Both the position numbers and the translations under genes were made by a program. Below are positions 38,564 through 50,193 of a stretch of DNA of 64,000 nt, one piece after another. How positions within the stretch are numbered: the stretch's first letter is position 1; the number at the start of each line of letters is the position of its first letter. The notes beneath the pieces are model-generated. The model worked only from the letters and a program-made list of their open reading frames with translations. It searched no databases and had not been told where the DNA came from. Source of the DNA: Croceivirga sp. (GTDB taxonomy: Bacteria > Bacteroidota > Bacteroidia > Flavobacteriales > Flavobacteriaceae); assembly GCA_050042945.1 (NCBI GenBank), contig JBHJJC010000064.1:4344-68343 (forward strand), read 5' to 3'.

Positions 38564-39210
38564 GAAGAAAATGCGTATTGAATGATGTTTGCGCCCATCT
38601 GAAGCGCTTGAATTCGTATGGCTTCCGGGTCATTGTGTACTGAGGGGTCTTCCCAACCATCACCCAAATCACTTTCAAAGGTAAAAAGCAATAACAGCCT
38701 ACCTTCATGGAATATTCCCAAAGCTTGCGGGCGTTCTCCGTCGTGCTCATGTATTTTGGGCAACCCATTTTCGAAACGGTACTTTTGGTTGAATATGGGA
38801 TGATCTTTTCCCAATTCCTCCAACTCCTTTTCTGGAAAGACTTTTTTTAATTCCCTTCGTAAATAAGGTTCCATACCATAATTGTCGTCAACATGTAGAA
38901 ATCCTCCGCTCATCAAATACAATCTTAAAATATCGGCTTCGTCATTAGTAAAGAAGACATTGCCATGCCCCGTCATGTGAATGTATGGATAGGAGAAAAG
39001 GTCTTCACTTCCTGTTTCCACCGTTTCGGGTTTTGGAGCAATTCGTGTATTGATGTTCTGATTGCAAAAAGCAATAAGATTCGGTAAAGCTGTTGGATTG
39101 GAATACCAATCACCTGCACCACCATATTTTAAAACGGCTATTTCTTGCGAAAACCCATAAGGAATCACAAAAAAAGTTAAAAAGCCCATCAGCACTGTAA
39201 GCTGTTTCAT
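38560..39210 (-). CDS. DUF4159-domain protein (secreted)
   Basis: LKYGGAGDWYSNPTALPNL, PYIHMTGHGNVFF and GGFLHVDDNYG are present. The ATG at 39210 gives the signal peptide MKQLTVLMGFLTFFVIPYGFSQ. The track start is at 39246. Confidence 0.6.
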   Translation of the reverse strand: MKQLTVLMGFLTFFVIPYGFSQEIAVLKYGGAGDWYSNPTALPNLIAFCNQNINTRIAPKPETVETGSEDLFSYPYIHMTGHGNVFFTNDEADILRLYLMSGGFLHVDDNYGMEPYLRRELKKVFPEKELEELGKDHPIFNQKYRFENGLPKIHEHDGERPQALGIFHEGRLLLLFTFESDLGDGWEDPSVHNDPEAIRIQALQMGANIIQYAFSS

Positions 39211-39251
39211 GTATCTACGAATAAACGATAGAATCAAAGTTAGCATAAATC

Positions 39252-40016
39252 ATGATTAAGAAAATTTTAATCTTAAGTGGACTTTTTTTAGCGTTGGGCT
39301 CTTTGGCCATTTTTCAAGCTTCGCGATTGAAAAATACAGCCACCTTAAAAGGAAGTTATGATCCTATTGTGGTTTTGGAGCTTTTTACTTCCCAAGGTTG
39401 TTCAAGCTGCCCACCGGCCGATGTTTTGCTTGATAAGGCCAAGCGACAACATCCAGATGAGGTTTTTGCCCTATCGTACCATGTTGACTATTGGAATTAT
39501 ATTGGTTGGGAAGACCCATTTAGTAAATCGCAATTCACTAAGAAACAAAGGGAGTACAACACTAAGTTTCAATATTCGAGCAATTATACCCCTGAGTTGG
39601 TCATCAACGGAAAGGAACATTTGGTTGGTTCAAATGCAACAAAATTGAATGCGAAAATAAAAGAATATGGTACAATTAAGGCCTCGAATCATATTACATT
39701 GAGAGCAATTGACAGAGAAAAACAGACTGTCTCTTTTGAATATAAAATTCAAGGCACCCTTGAAAATAAGGTATTGCGAGCCGTTTTGGTTCTGAACGAA
39801 AAAATAACGGTGGTAAAGCGAGGCGAAAACAGAAATCGAACACTAAAGAATTCAAATATTGTTATAGCAGAAAAGTATATTCCTGTCGATACGTTTGAGG
39901 GAAGTACAAGTATCGCGCTTTCATCTAAGTTTCAATTAGAAAAAGATTTGAAACTGATTGTGCTATTAGAAAATTCTAATCTTGATATTACTGCGGCTGC
40001 TAAAGCTTCTTTGTAA
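39252..40016 (+). CDS. DUF1223-domain protein
   Basis: ELFTSQGCSSCPPAD and SYHVDYWNYIGWEDPF are present. Confidence 0.75.
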   Translation: MIKKILILSGLFLALGSLAIFQASRLKNTATLKGSYDPIVVLELFTSQGCSSCPPADVLLDKAKRQHPDEVFALSYHVDYWNYIGWEDPFSKSQFTKKQREYNTKFQYSSNYTPELVINGKEHLVGSNATKLNAKIKEYGTIKASNHITLRAIDREKQTVSFEYKIQGTLENKVLRAVLVLNEKITVVKRGENRNRTLKNSNIVIAEKYIPVDTFEGSTSIALSSKFQLEKDLKLIVLLENSNLDITAAAKASL

Positions 40017-40017
40017 C

Positions 40018-40722
40018 TTAAGAATTCATCATGGCAACCGTACTACAGGCTACTATTCCAGCCGTTTCAGTACGCAAACGGTTTCTACCCAGTGAAATGG
40101 GGCGATAACCATTATCGATAGCTAGGGTTACTTCACTTTTTGAAAAATCGCCTTCAGGGCCTATTAAAACAAGAACATCTTTATCGGCTTGGGTGCGGCG
40201 TTTCAAGTCTAGTTTTTCACCTTCGTGGCAATGTGCAATAAATTGCAGTTCTCCCTTGGCCGACGAAATGAATTGTTCAAAAGACGTAAGGGGATTTAAC
40301 TTTGGTAGATAGGTTTGTAGCGACTGTTTCATGGCAGATTGCAATACCCGTTCAAGGCGTTCGGGTTTTATGGTTTTTCGCTCTGAATGCTTACAAAGTA
40401 TCGGGGTAATTTCATTGATGCCTATTTCAGTAGCTTTCTCTAAAAACCATTCAAAACGGTCGTTCATTTTTGTTGGGGCGATGGCAATATGAAGTGAGTG
40501 TAATCTGTTAATGGTTCGTTCTTCAGCAATGATTTGGGCCTTACACTTTTTTGGGTTCGCTTCCAGTAGTTGAGCCTCGAACAAAGATCCCCGGCCATTG
40601 GTAATATGCAATAGGTCTCCTTCAGCTTTTCGAAGCACCTTTATGATATGTTTGCTTTCTTCAGGGGTAAAAAAGAACTGTTTGAAGCTATTGTCTAACG
40701 AAGGATTGTAAAAAAGTTGCAT
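40018..40722 (-). CDS. rsmE: 16S rRNA (uracil1498-N3)-methyltransferase
   Basis: MQLFY...EESKHIIKVLR and LIGPEGDFSKSE are present, and the size is typical of the family. Confidence 0.85.
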   Translation of the reverse strand: MQLFYNPSLDNSFKQFFFTPEESKHIIKVLRKAEGDLLHITNGRGSLFEAQLLEANPKKCKAQIIAEERTINRLHSLHIAIAPTKMNDRFEWFLEKATEIGINEITPILCKHSERKTIKPERLERVLQSAMKQSLQTYLPKLNPLTSFEQFISSAKGELQFIAHCHEGEKLDLKRRTQADKDVLVLIGPEGDFSKSEVTLAIDNGYRPISLGRNRLRTETAGIVACSTVAMMNS

Positions 40723-41054
40723 TATTCTCCGAGTTTTAATTTTGCGTGTTCAAGTCCTAGCTCAACCCAAGCGAGCAGTTGTTCTTCACTGTGATACCCT
40801 TCTTCTGACACAAAAATGAACTCCTTCATGGGTGTTCCGGTAAAATCCATGGGGCGTACTGATTTCTTCTCCAGTTGTGTCTGCATCTTTTCACTTATCA
40901 CCCGAACCATAAGGTCTTGGTTTATTGCGCCAATGGCCATCTTACCCTTGTATAGAAATGCAATGCCACCGAACATTTTCTTTTGGGTAAACTGTTCTTG
41001 AAATAAGTCCAAGCATATCCCAATACGCTTTGCCAAATCAATATTATAAGCCAT
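40722..41054 (-). CDS. TfoX/Sxy N-terminal-domain protein
   Basis: KKMFGGIAFLYKGKMAIG...LMVRV. Confidence 0.7.
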   Translation of the reverse strand: MAYNIDLAKRIGICLDLFQEQFTQKKMFGGIAFLYKGKMAIGAINQDLMVRVISEKMQTQLEKKSVRPMDFTGTPMKEFIFVSEEGYHSEEQLLAWVELGLEHAKLKLGE

Positions 41055-41055
41055 T

Positions 41056-42078
41056 TTACAGAAGGTATCGTGCTTTCGCAGCTATATCAGCCTGCACAAA
41101 ATCTTTTTTAAGATATTTAAAATATCCAACAATACCTATCATTGCTGCGTTGTCAGTACAATACTCGAATTTGGGAATAAACGTTTTCCAGTCCAACTCG
41201 TTTTCACATGCTTTAATGCGCTGACGAATTTCTGAGTTTGCAGAAACTCCACCACCAATGGCAACTTGTTTGATTTTTGTTTCCATTGAGGCAGTTTGTA
41301 ATTTGTCCATTAAAATTTCAACGATGGTATGCTGAATAGAAGCACAAATATCTTCAAGATGAGTTTTGACAAAATCTGGATTTGACTTCTTATTTCTTTC
41401 AATAAAATAGCGGATACTGGTCTTTAGACCACTAAAGCTGAAATTAAGACCCTCAACTTTTGGCTTTGGAAACTTAAACGCCGTTGGATTTCCCTTTTTG
41501 GCATATTTATCTATCAATGGACCGCCAGGATAAGGTAATCCTAAAAGCTTCGCGCTCTTATCAAAGGCTTCACCCACGGCATCGTCTAAACTTTCGCCTA
41601 GAATATCCATATCAAATGGGCTATTGACTTTTACGATTTGGGTATGCCCGCCACTAATCGTCATCGCTAAAAAAGGAAATGTAGGTGGGTTTTCGTGCTC
41701 ATGATTAATAAAATGGGCAAGAATATGCGCTTGCATGTGGTTGACCTCGATGAGTGGAATACCTAACCCCATAGCCAATGATTTGGCAAATGACGTGCCC
41801 ACCAATAGCGAACCCAGTAGCCCTGGACCTCTCGTAAAGGCTATGGCGGAGAGTTGTTTTTTATCGATATTTGCGCTGGCTAGTGCCTGGTGCACCACAG
41901 GTACTATATTTTGTTGATGTGCCCTTGACGCAAGTTCTGGAACCACGCCGCCATATTGCTCATGAATTTCTTGTGTGGCCACAATATTGCTGAGTACATT
42001 GTTGTTACAAAGTACGGCCGCCGCGGTATCATCACAAGACGATTCAATGGCCAAAATATATTTTTTGGAAGAATTCAA
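41056..42078 (-). CDS. tsaD: tRNA N6-adenosine threonylcarbamoyltransferase
   Basis: ILAIESSCDDTAAAV, VNHMQAHIL, ISGGHT and GGVSAN are present. The only start codon upstream of the conserved N-terminus is the TTG at 42078. Confidence 0.95.
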   Translation of the reverse strand: MNSSKKYILAIESSCDDTAAAVLCNNNVLSNIVATQEIHEQYGGVVPELASRAHQQNIVPVVHQALASANIDKKQLSAIAFTRGPGLLGSLLVGTSFAKSLAMGLGIPLIEVNHMQAHILAHFINHEHENPPTFPFLAMTISGGHTQIVKVNSPFDMDILGESLDDAVGEAFDKSAKLLGLPYPGGPLIDKYAKKGNPTAFKFPKPKVEGLNFSFSGLKTSIRYFIERNKKSNPDFVKTHLEDICASIQHTIVEILMDKLQTASMETKIKQVAIGGGVSANSEIRQRIKACENELDWKTFIPKFEYCTDNAAMIGIVGYFKYLKKDFVQADIAAKARYLL

Positions 42079-42170
42079 TTGCTTTGGAACAAAATTTGTC
42101 CTGCAAAGATAAAAGGTAACGCGCTATCGGAAAACTAAGGAAAATAGGACTCAGGATCTTACTTCTTCTA

Positions 42171-43691
42171 TTGTTGGTAGGAGTGCTGGCGACCTTGGTT
42201 TTTTCGCTTCCTGTTGTGCAGACCAAATTGGCCCTCTATGCCACAGAGACATTGAATGAGGAGTTTGGAACCAATATTACCATCGAACGTCTTCATTTTT
42301 CTCCTTTCACCCTAGGGGCCACTATTAAAGATATTTACGTAGAGGATTATCGTCAAGACACCCTGATTCATATCGAAAAATTATCAACATCTATTCTTGA
42401 TTTAGGAAATATGGTCAATGGAGATTTGGAATTTAGCGAGATGGATGTTGATGGTCTTTTCTTCAACATGAAGACATATAAGGGTGAAACTGAGACCAAT
42501 CTTGATGTTTTTGTAGATAAGTTGGATGATGGCAAACCTAGGGACCCGGGCACCCCTCCTTTCCTTATGTCATCTAGCGAGATTACTATAGAAAATAGTA
42601 GATATCGACTGAGTGACGATAACGTCGAAAAACCGAGAATTCTTGACTTTAAGAATTTAGAGATTGCTTCAACCGATTTTGAAATACTTGGGCCAGAAGT
42701 ATCGGTTCAGATTGATGCATTGTCGCTTACCAGTGAAAGGGGGATCGATGTCAAAAACTTATCGACACGGTTCAAGTACACCAAACAGCAAATGCGGTTT
42801 GATTCCTTAGCAATTCAAACACCAGAATCAAAAATTAGTGGGTTACTTGTCTTTGATTACAATCGTAAGGATTTTGCCGATTTTTTGAACAAGGTTCGAA
42901 TTTCAGCATCGTTTAAAGACGCCGAGGTCGCTTTTAACGAAGTTAATACATATTTTAATGAGTTTGGAAAAAATAGAACAGCATTATTTTCAACATCAGT
43001 GAGTGGTGTTTTGAACGATTTACAGTTTAATGAATTGTTTTTGGTGTCTGATAATACGGGGATTCGAGGTGACTTTGGTTTAAGAAACATGTTCAATGAT
43101 GCGGAACCCTTTAAAATCGATGCACAGATGGAAAATGTTACGTCAAACTACTACCAATTACGTGCAATTTTACCTAATATACTGAGTCAGAATATTTTAC
43201 CAACATCCTTTAAAAAGTTCGGGCAATTTACCATTCGAGGGGATGCACAGATCACGGAATCTTCCATAGATGCAAAAATCAATTTGAACACGGCCATCGG
43301 CAGTAGTTACTCCGATCTTCAAATGACCAATATCAATGATATTGATGACGCCTCTTATCTTGGTTTTATTTCATTGATAGATTTTGATTTAGGCGATTTT
43401 ATTGAAGACCCAAAATTTGGTAAAACCACGTTGGATGTAAATGTCGAAGGCCGTGGTTTTATCGCGGAATACCTGAATACCGAAGCCATAGGCGACATTT
43501 ATTCCATAACGTTCAATGGTTATGAATATAAAGATGTCAAGGTTTCAGGTATCATTAAAGAAGAACTTTTTGACGGGTCATTGATAAGCAACGATGAGAA
43601 TTTAAAACTAAACTTTACGGGTCTTGCCGATTTTAGTCAAGAAGAAAATAATTTCAACTTTATCGCTTCAGTTGATTATGCCGACCTATAA
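42171..43691 (+). CDS. tamB: TamB-like translocation/assembly module protein, N-terminal fragment (ends at an in-frame TAA)
   Basis: TTG start inside an N-terminal hydrophobic anchor. The long beta-rich repetitive sequence continues in the same frame after the TAA at 43689-43691. Confidence 0.75.
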   Translation: MLVGVLATLVFSLPVVQTKLALYATETLNEEFGTNITIERLHFSPFTLGATIKDIYVEDYRQDTLIHIEKLSTSILDLGNMVNGDLEFSEMDVDGLFFNMKTYKGETETNLDVFVDKLDDGKPRDPGTPPFLMSSSEITIENSRYRLSDDNVEKPRILDFKNLEIASTDFEILGPEVSVQIDALSLTSERGIDVKNLSTRFKYTKQQMRFDSLAIQTPESKISGLLVFDYNRKDFADFLNKVRISASFKDAEVAFNEVNTYFNEFGKNRTALFSTSVSGVLNDLQFNELFLVSDNTGIRGDFGLRNMFNDAEPFKIDAQMENVTSNYYQLRAILPNILSQNILPTSFKKFGQFTIRGDAQITESSIDAKINLNTAIGSSYSDLQMTNINDIDDASYLGFISLIDFDLGDFIEDPKFGKTTLDVNVEGRGFIAEYLNTEAIGDIYSITFNGYEYKDVKVSGIIKEELFDGSLISNDENLKLNFTGLADFSQEENNFNFIASVDYADL

Positions 43692-43742
43692 ACCCTGATT
43701 TTTATTCGTGATGAGGTCTCCATTTTTAAAGGGGATGTTCGT

Positions 43743-46583
43743 ATGGATATTGTCGGAAATACTTTGGATAATATCGTGGGTGCTATTCGATTTTCGAATA
43801 CCCAGTTTCAAAATCAAAACGATAGTTATCGTTTTGATGATTTTGCAATTTCTTCCACTTTTGAAAAAGATAGTTTGCGCAATATTCAAATCATTTCCCC
43901 TGATATTATTACTGGATACATGAAGGGAAATTTTAAGGTAAGGGAGTTGGGTAAACTATTGCAGAATTCCGTAGGAAGCATCTATACCAATTACCGACCT
44001 TATGAGATTTCAAAAGGCCAAAACCTCGATTTCAATTTTCGCATCTACAACAAAATAGTGGATGTCTTTTTTCCGGAAGTTAATTTCGGGCCCGACACGT
44101 TCATTCGCGGAAAAATAAAGTCGGATGGAGGTGATTTTAAACTCACATTTAAATCCCCCAATATTGAAGCGTTCAAAAACAAATTTAACACGGTAGAATT
44201 GGTCATTGACAATAAGAACCCGCTGTTCAATACCTTCTTGACAGTTGAGGATATGTCAACGGTTTATTATGATGTAAAAGATTTTAATCTTATCAATACC
44301 ACATTAAAAGATACCTTGTTTTTTAGAACAGAGTTTAAAGGAGGCAGCCAATTGAACGATAGTTATAATTTGAACTTCTACCATACTTTCAATGAAGAGA
44401 ATAAATCAGTTATTGGGTTAAAGACTTCTGATGTCAATTTCAAGGGCAATAAATGGGTATTGAATAAGGCAGGTGATAAAAAGAACAAGGTCATCATAAA
44501 TCGTACGCTTGATAGTATTAAAATTGATGAGGTCGTTATGGATAACAACAATCGAGAACAGATACAGCTGAGAGGTGAGTTGGCCGATTCTACCTATAAA
44601 GACCTAGAGCTTCGATTTAAAATTGTTTCCCTAGATAAAATCACACCATCTATCGATAGCTTGCAGCTTGATGGACAGGTGAACGGATTCTTAAATATTC
44701 TTCAAAAAGATGGTAAATATTTACCTTCTTCCAGTATGCTGATCAATGACTTTTCCATTAACGAGATGGTGATGGGCGATATGGAGTTGGTCATCTTTGG
44801 CAATAATAATCTTACGCAATTCGGTGTAAATTCTTGGATAAATCAAGGAGGGGCTGAAAAGTTTAGCCTTAATGGTAACATTAATAATGGCGCGAATGCT
44901 ACCACATTAGACCTTATGGCTTCTTTCGATGATTTTGATCTCGCGCCATTTGCGCCTTTGGGAGAAGATGTCATTTCAAATATTCGTGGCTACATTGATG
45001 GCAATGCCAGAATTACAGGCAACGCTAGGAATCCTGATATTGATGGTATACTAAGCTTGAACAATGCTGGGCTGGGCATCCCGTATTTAAATGTCGACTA
45101 CGATTTCGCTCCACTTTCTCGTGTTCGACTTTTTGATCAATCCTTTTATTTTGAAACCATTCAATTGACCGATGTGACGGAAGGTACAACCGCGTCTCTC
45201 GATGGTACCATATCGCATACTGGTTTTGATGATTGGACATTGGATCTCGAAGTGGATACCAAGGCCGATCGTTTTTTGATTTTAAATACAGGGTATGACG
45301 AAGAAGCACTGTATTACGGAGCTGGCTTCGTCAATGGAAAAGGCTCCATTTTTGGTCCCACTACTGCCTTAAACATTGAGTTCGAAGGTGCCACGGCCAG
45401 AGGTACTTCCTTAAAGATTCCTCTAAGTGATGTGACCAGCGTTGGCGATTATTCATTTATCAACTTTATTGAAAAGAACGATGGTGAAACCGTTAGCGTG
45501 GAGAGGGTTTTAGATGATTATGAAGGTCTTGAAATGACTTTTGATTTAGAAGTCACTCCAGAGGCAGAAGTTGAGATTGTTGTCGACCAAGAAAATCAAA
45601 GTTCATTGAAAGGTACGGGTGAGGGGTTGTTGTTAATGGAAATCAATACCAACGGAAAGTTTAATATGTTTGGTGAGTTTGTTGCCGTAACGGGAGAATA
45701 TCGCTTTAGAAGGGCAGGACTTATAGACAAAACATTTACTGTAAGGCCTGGGGGTACCATTCGTTGGGAAGGTGATCCTTTAGCTGCTGTTTTGGGAATG
45801 GAAGCCATCTATTCCCTCACGGCAAATCCCGCACCATTGTTGGACAATCCAGGGAATACGAGGCGAATACCTACCGATGTAGTCGTTCGACTCGAGGGTG
45901 AAGTGGAAAGTCCGACCATTGATTTTGATATTGAATTTCCGGGTACGAACTCGGTGGTGAAGTCAGAGCTTGAGTATCGACTTCAAGATCCGACAACGGA
46001 AAGTGATAATGCATTCTTTCTGCTGGCCCAAGGTACTTTTTACAACAATCAAACTGGGCTAACAGAACAGGCCGTCACGGGTAACTTAATCCAAACGGCT
46101 TCGGGACTTTTGAATTCTGTACTGGCCGGTGATAATGATAAATTGAATTTTGGACTCTCTTACGAACAAGGTTTTCAAGATGCGACGACAAGTACTGAAG
46201 ACCGAATTGGGGTAACAGTTTCGACGCAGATTTCTGACCGAGTTTTGGTCAATGGTAGGGTAGGAGTGCCTGTTGGGGGCGTATCAGAAACGGTAGTAGC
46301 CGGTGATGTTGAAGTACAGGTGCTGTTGAATGAAGAAGGTACCTTAAGTGCGAAAATTTTTAATAGAGAGAATGTCATCGAGCAATTGTTGGCTGAGCAG
46401 GGGTATACCCAGGGTATTGGACTTTCATATCAAGTCGATTTCAACAACTTCAAAGAGCTACTGGCCAAAATCTTTAGGCCCAATAAGAAAAAGAAGACGG
46501 TCGATGTTCGTGCATCGCCAACGACAATGGGTACCGATAGTTTGATTCGATTTCAATCAAAAGCAGCATCTTACCGTAATTAA
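43743..46583 (+). CDS. tamB: TamB-like protein, C-terminal fragment (DUF490 region)
   Basis: This is in the same reading frame as 42171..43691, and the 17 codons between them are open. The combined length of about 1470 aa is typical for Bacteroidota TamB. The C-terminus reads ...GIGLSYQVDF. Confidence 0.75.
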   Translation: MDIVGNTLDNIVGAIRFSNTQFQNQNDSYRFDDFAISSTFEKDSLRNIQIISPDIITGYMKGNFKVRELGKLLQNSVGSIYTNYRPYEISKGQNLDFNFRIYNKIVDVFFPEVNFGPDTFIRGKIKSDGGDFKLTFKSPNIEAFKNKFNTVELVIDNKNPLFNTFLTVEDMSTVYYDVKDFNLINTTLKDTLFFRTEFKGGSQLNDSYNLNFYHTFNEENKSVIGLKTSDVNFKGNKWVLNKAGDKKNKVIINRTLDSIKIDEVVMDNNNREQIQLRGELADSTYKDLELRFKIVSLDKITPSIDSLQLDGQVNGFLNILQKDGKYLPSSSMLINDFSINEMVMGDMELVIFGNNNLTQFGVNSWINQGGAEKFSLNGNINNGANATTLDLMASFDDFDLAPFAPLGEDVISNIRGYIDGNARITGNARNPDIDGILSLNNAGLGIPYLNVDYDFAPLSRVRLFDQSFYFETIQLTDVTEGTTASLDGTISHTGFDDWTLDLEVDTKADRFLILNTGYDEEALYYGAGFVNGKGSIFGPTTALNIEFEGATARGTSLKIPLSDVTSVGDYSFINFIEKNDGETVSVERVLDDYEGLEMTFDLEVTPEAEVEIVVDQENQSSLKGTGEGLLLMEINTNGKFNMFGEFVAVTGEYRFRRAGLIDKTFTVRPGGTIRWEGDPLAAVLGMEAIYSLTANPAPLLDNPGNTRRIPTDVVVRLEGEVESPTIDFDIEFPGTNSVVKSELEYRLQDPTTESDNAFFLLAQGTFYNNQTGLTEQAVTGNLIQTASGLLNSVLAGDNDKLNFGLSYEQGFQDATTSTEDRIGVTVSTQISDRVLVNGRVGVPVGGVSETVVAGDVEVQVLLNEEGTLSAKIFNRENVIEQLLAEQGYTQGIGLSYQVDFNNFKELLAKIFRPNKKKKTVDVRASPTTMGTDSLIRFQSKAASYRN

Positions 46584-46715
46584 AGGTGATATTTTGACAT
46601 TTTTTTCTTGATTTCTTTTACGAAAACGTTTGAAAATTTATTCTTCAAGCGAAGTATGATAATGCTCGTTTTTTTATTGAAGGAAGTTTGCTAGTTTTGA
46701 CGCTCAATATAGAAA

Positions 46716-48723
<2,008 letters not shown>

Positions 48724-48740
48724 GATCTAAAGCACATAAC

Positions 48741-48785
48741 ATATTCCTGAAGATACGGTGTAAAAAACCCTATTTTCAGGAATAT
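48741..48785 (+). terminator. terminator candidate after gap
   Basis: An 11-bp stem, atattcctgaa / ttcaggaatat, encloses a 23-nt loop and is followed by ttatttt. Confidence 0.45.
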
Positions 48786-48799
48786 TTATTTTAGTGAAA

Positions 48800-49651
48800 A
48801 TGATATTGATTGTAGATAGTGGGGCGACAAAATCGGATTGGATTGCCTTAGATTCCAAGGGAGAACAGCTTTTCGTAACCCAAACATTGGGTTTGAGTCC
48901 TGAAGTGTTGACCAGAGAGGTGATAGAAGACCGATAGGCAAACAACTTTGAACTTTCAAAGAACAAAGCAAGTGTGCATCAACTCTATTTTTATGGGGCA
49001 GGGTGCGGCACAGATCGAATGAAGAAATTCTTGAAAGAAATTTTCAGTGAGTTTTTCCCGAATGCAAAGGCAGAAGTTCGTGAAGATACTTACGCGGCGA
49101 TTTACTCAACTACTAAAATAGGTCACCAAGGTATAGTCTGTATTTTGGGTACTGGCTCAAATTGCAGTTATTACGATGGCCATCAGCTCTTTCAAAAGGT
49201 AACGTCATTGGGTTATATTTTGATGGATGATGGCAGTGGTAATTTTTTCGGAAGAAAGCTGCTTCGAGATTATTATTTTCACAAAATGCCACAAGATTTG
49301 GGGATAAAGTTTGCTAAAGAATATGAACTGGAAGCTGATGTCATCAAGCATTACCTCTACAAGCAACCCAACCCGAACACCTATCTAGCTACCTTTGCCC
49401 GGTTTATCATAGAAAACAAGAATGATCCTTACTGCCGAGGCGTAATTGACAAAGGCTTTCAACAGTTTGTAAATAATTATATCATGCAATTTGAACTGGC
49501 TACGAAAGTACCTATTCATTTCGTTGGTAGTATTGCCCATTTTCTTAAGGAAGAATTGGCAACCGTAATCGAACGAAATGACTTAATTCTCGGTGTTGTT
49601 CGAAGAAGGCCTATCGATGGCTTGGTTGAATTTCACCAGAATACGATTTAA
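48800..49651 (+). pseudogene. BadF/BadG/BcrA/BcrD-type ATPase (N-acetylglucosamine-kinase-like) interrupted by an in-frame TAG
   Basis: The ATG at 48800 gives MILIVDSGATKSDWIALD... (sugar-kinase phosphate-1 motif) for 45 codons, then TAG at 48935-48937. The same frame continues ANNFELSKNKASVHQLYFYGAGCGT... into ORF 48974..49651. Confidence 0.8.
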
Positions 49652-49699
49652 TTGAGCTAAGTCATTCCAAAGAGCTGTAATTCGTTACGATAAACCTTT

Positions 49700-50083
49700 T
49701 CAGCCTTTAACGGCAATCATAGAAATTTCTACATTTACAAACATCGGTAAATTGGCTACTTCGATAGTTTCTCTGGCTGGGGCCGTATCGGCATTGAAAT
49801 GACTACCATAAACTTCATTCACTTGTGAAAATTGGTGCATATCCTTAAGAAATATGGATGTTTTGACCACATTTTCAAAAGTCATATCAGCTGCTTCTAA
49901 AATTGCTTTAAGGTTTTGCATACATTGTTCCGCTTCTGCTTTCACATCACCTTCAACCAATTTTCCTGTATTTGGTACAATAGGGGTTTGACCTGAAATA
50001 TAAAGCGTATCCTTAATAAGAATGGCTTGGTTATATGGGCCTATAGGTGCCGGGGCATTGGTAGTAGTAATAATTTTTTTCAT
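49700..50083 (-). CDS. RidA/YjgF-family reactive-intermediate deaminase
   Basis: APAPIGPYNQA, YISGQ and PARETIEVANLP are present. Confidence 0.9.
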   Translation of the reverse strand: MKKIITTTNAPAPIGPYNQAILIKDTLYISGQTPIVPNTGKLVEGDVKAEAEQCMQNLKAILEAADMTFENVVKTSIFLKDMHQFSQVNEVYGSHFNADTAPARETIEVANLPMFVNVEISMIAVKG

Positions 50084-50193
50084 CTCTATTTTAGTTTAAT
50101 CCGCATTAAAAGTAGGTATTTTTCAACCTAAGTAGGGTCTGTACAAGAGGTTAACATTTTAAAATATTTGGTATCTAAATTGCAAAGAACACC

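Noticed and set aside
38415-38768. A 117-aa minus-strand ORF overlapping the AI-2E transporter / DUF4159 junction.
   Set aside because: It is out of frame with, and embedded in, two well-supported genes. It is Cys/Trp/Arg-rich shadow sequence.
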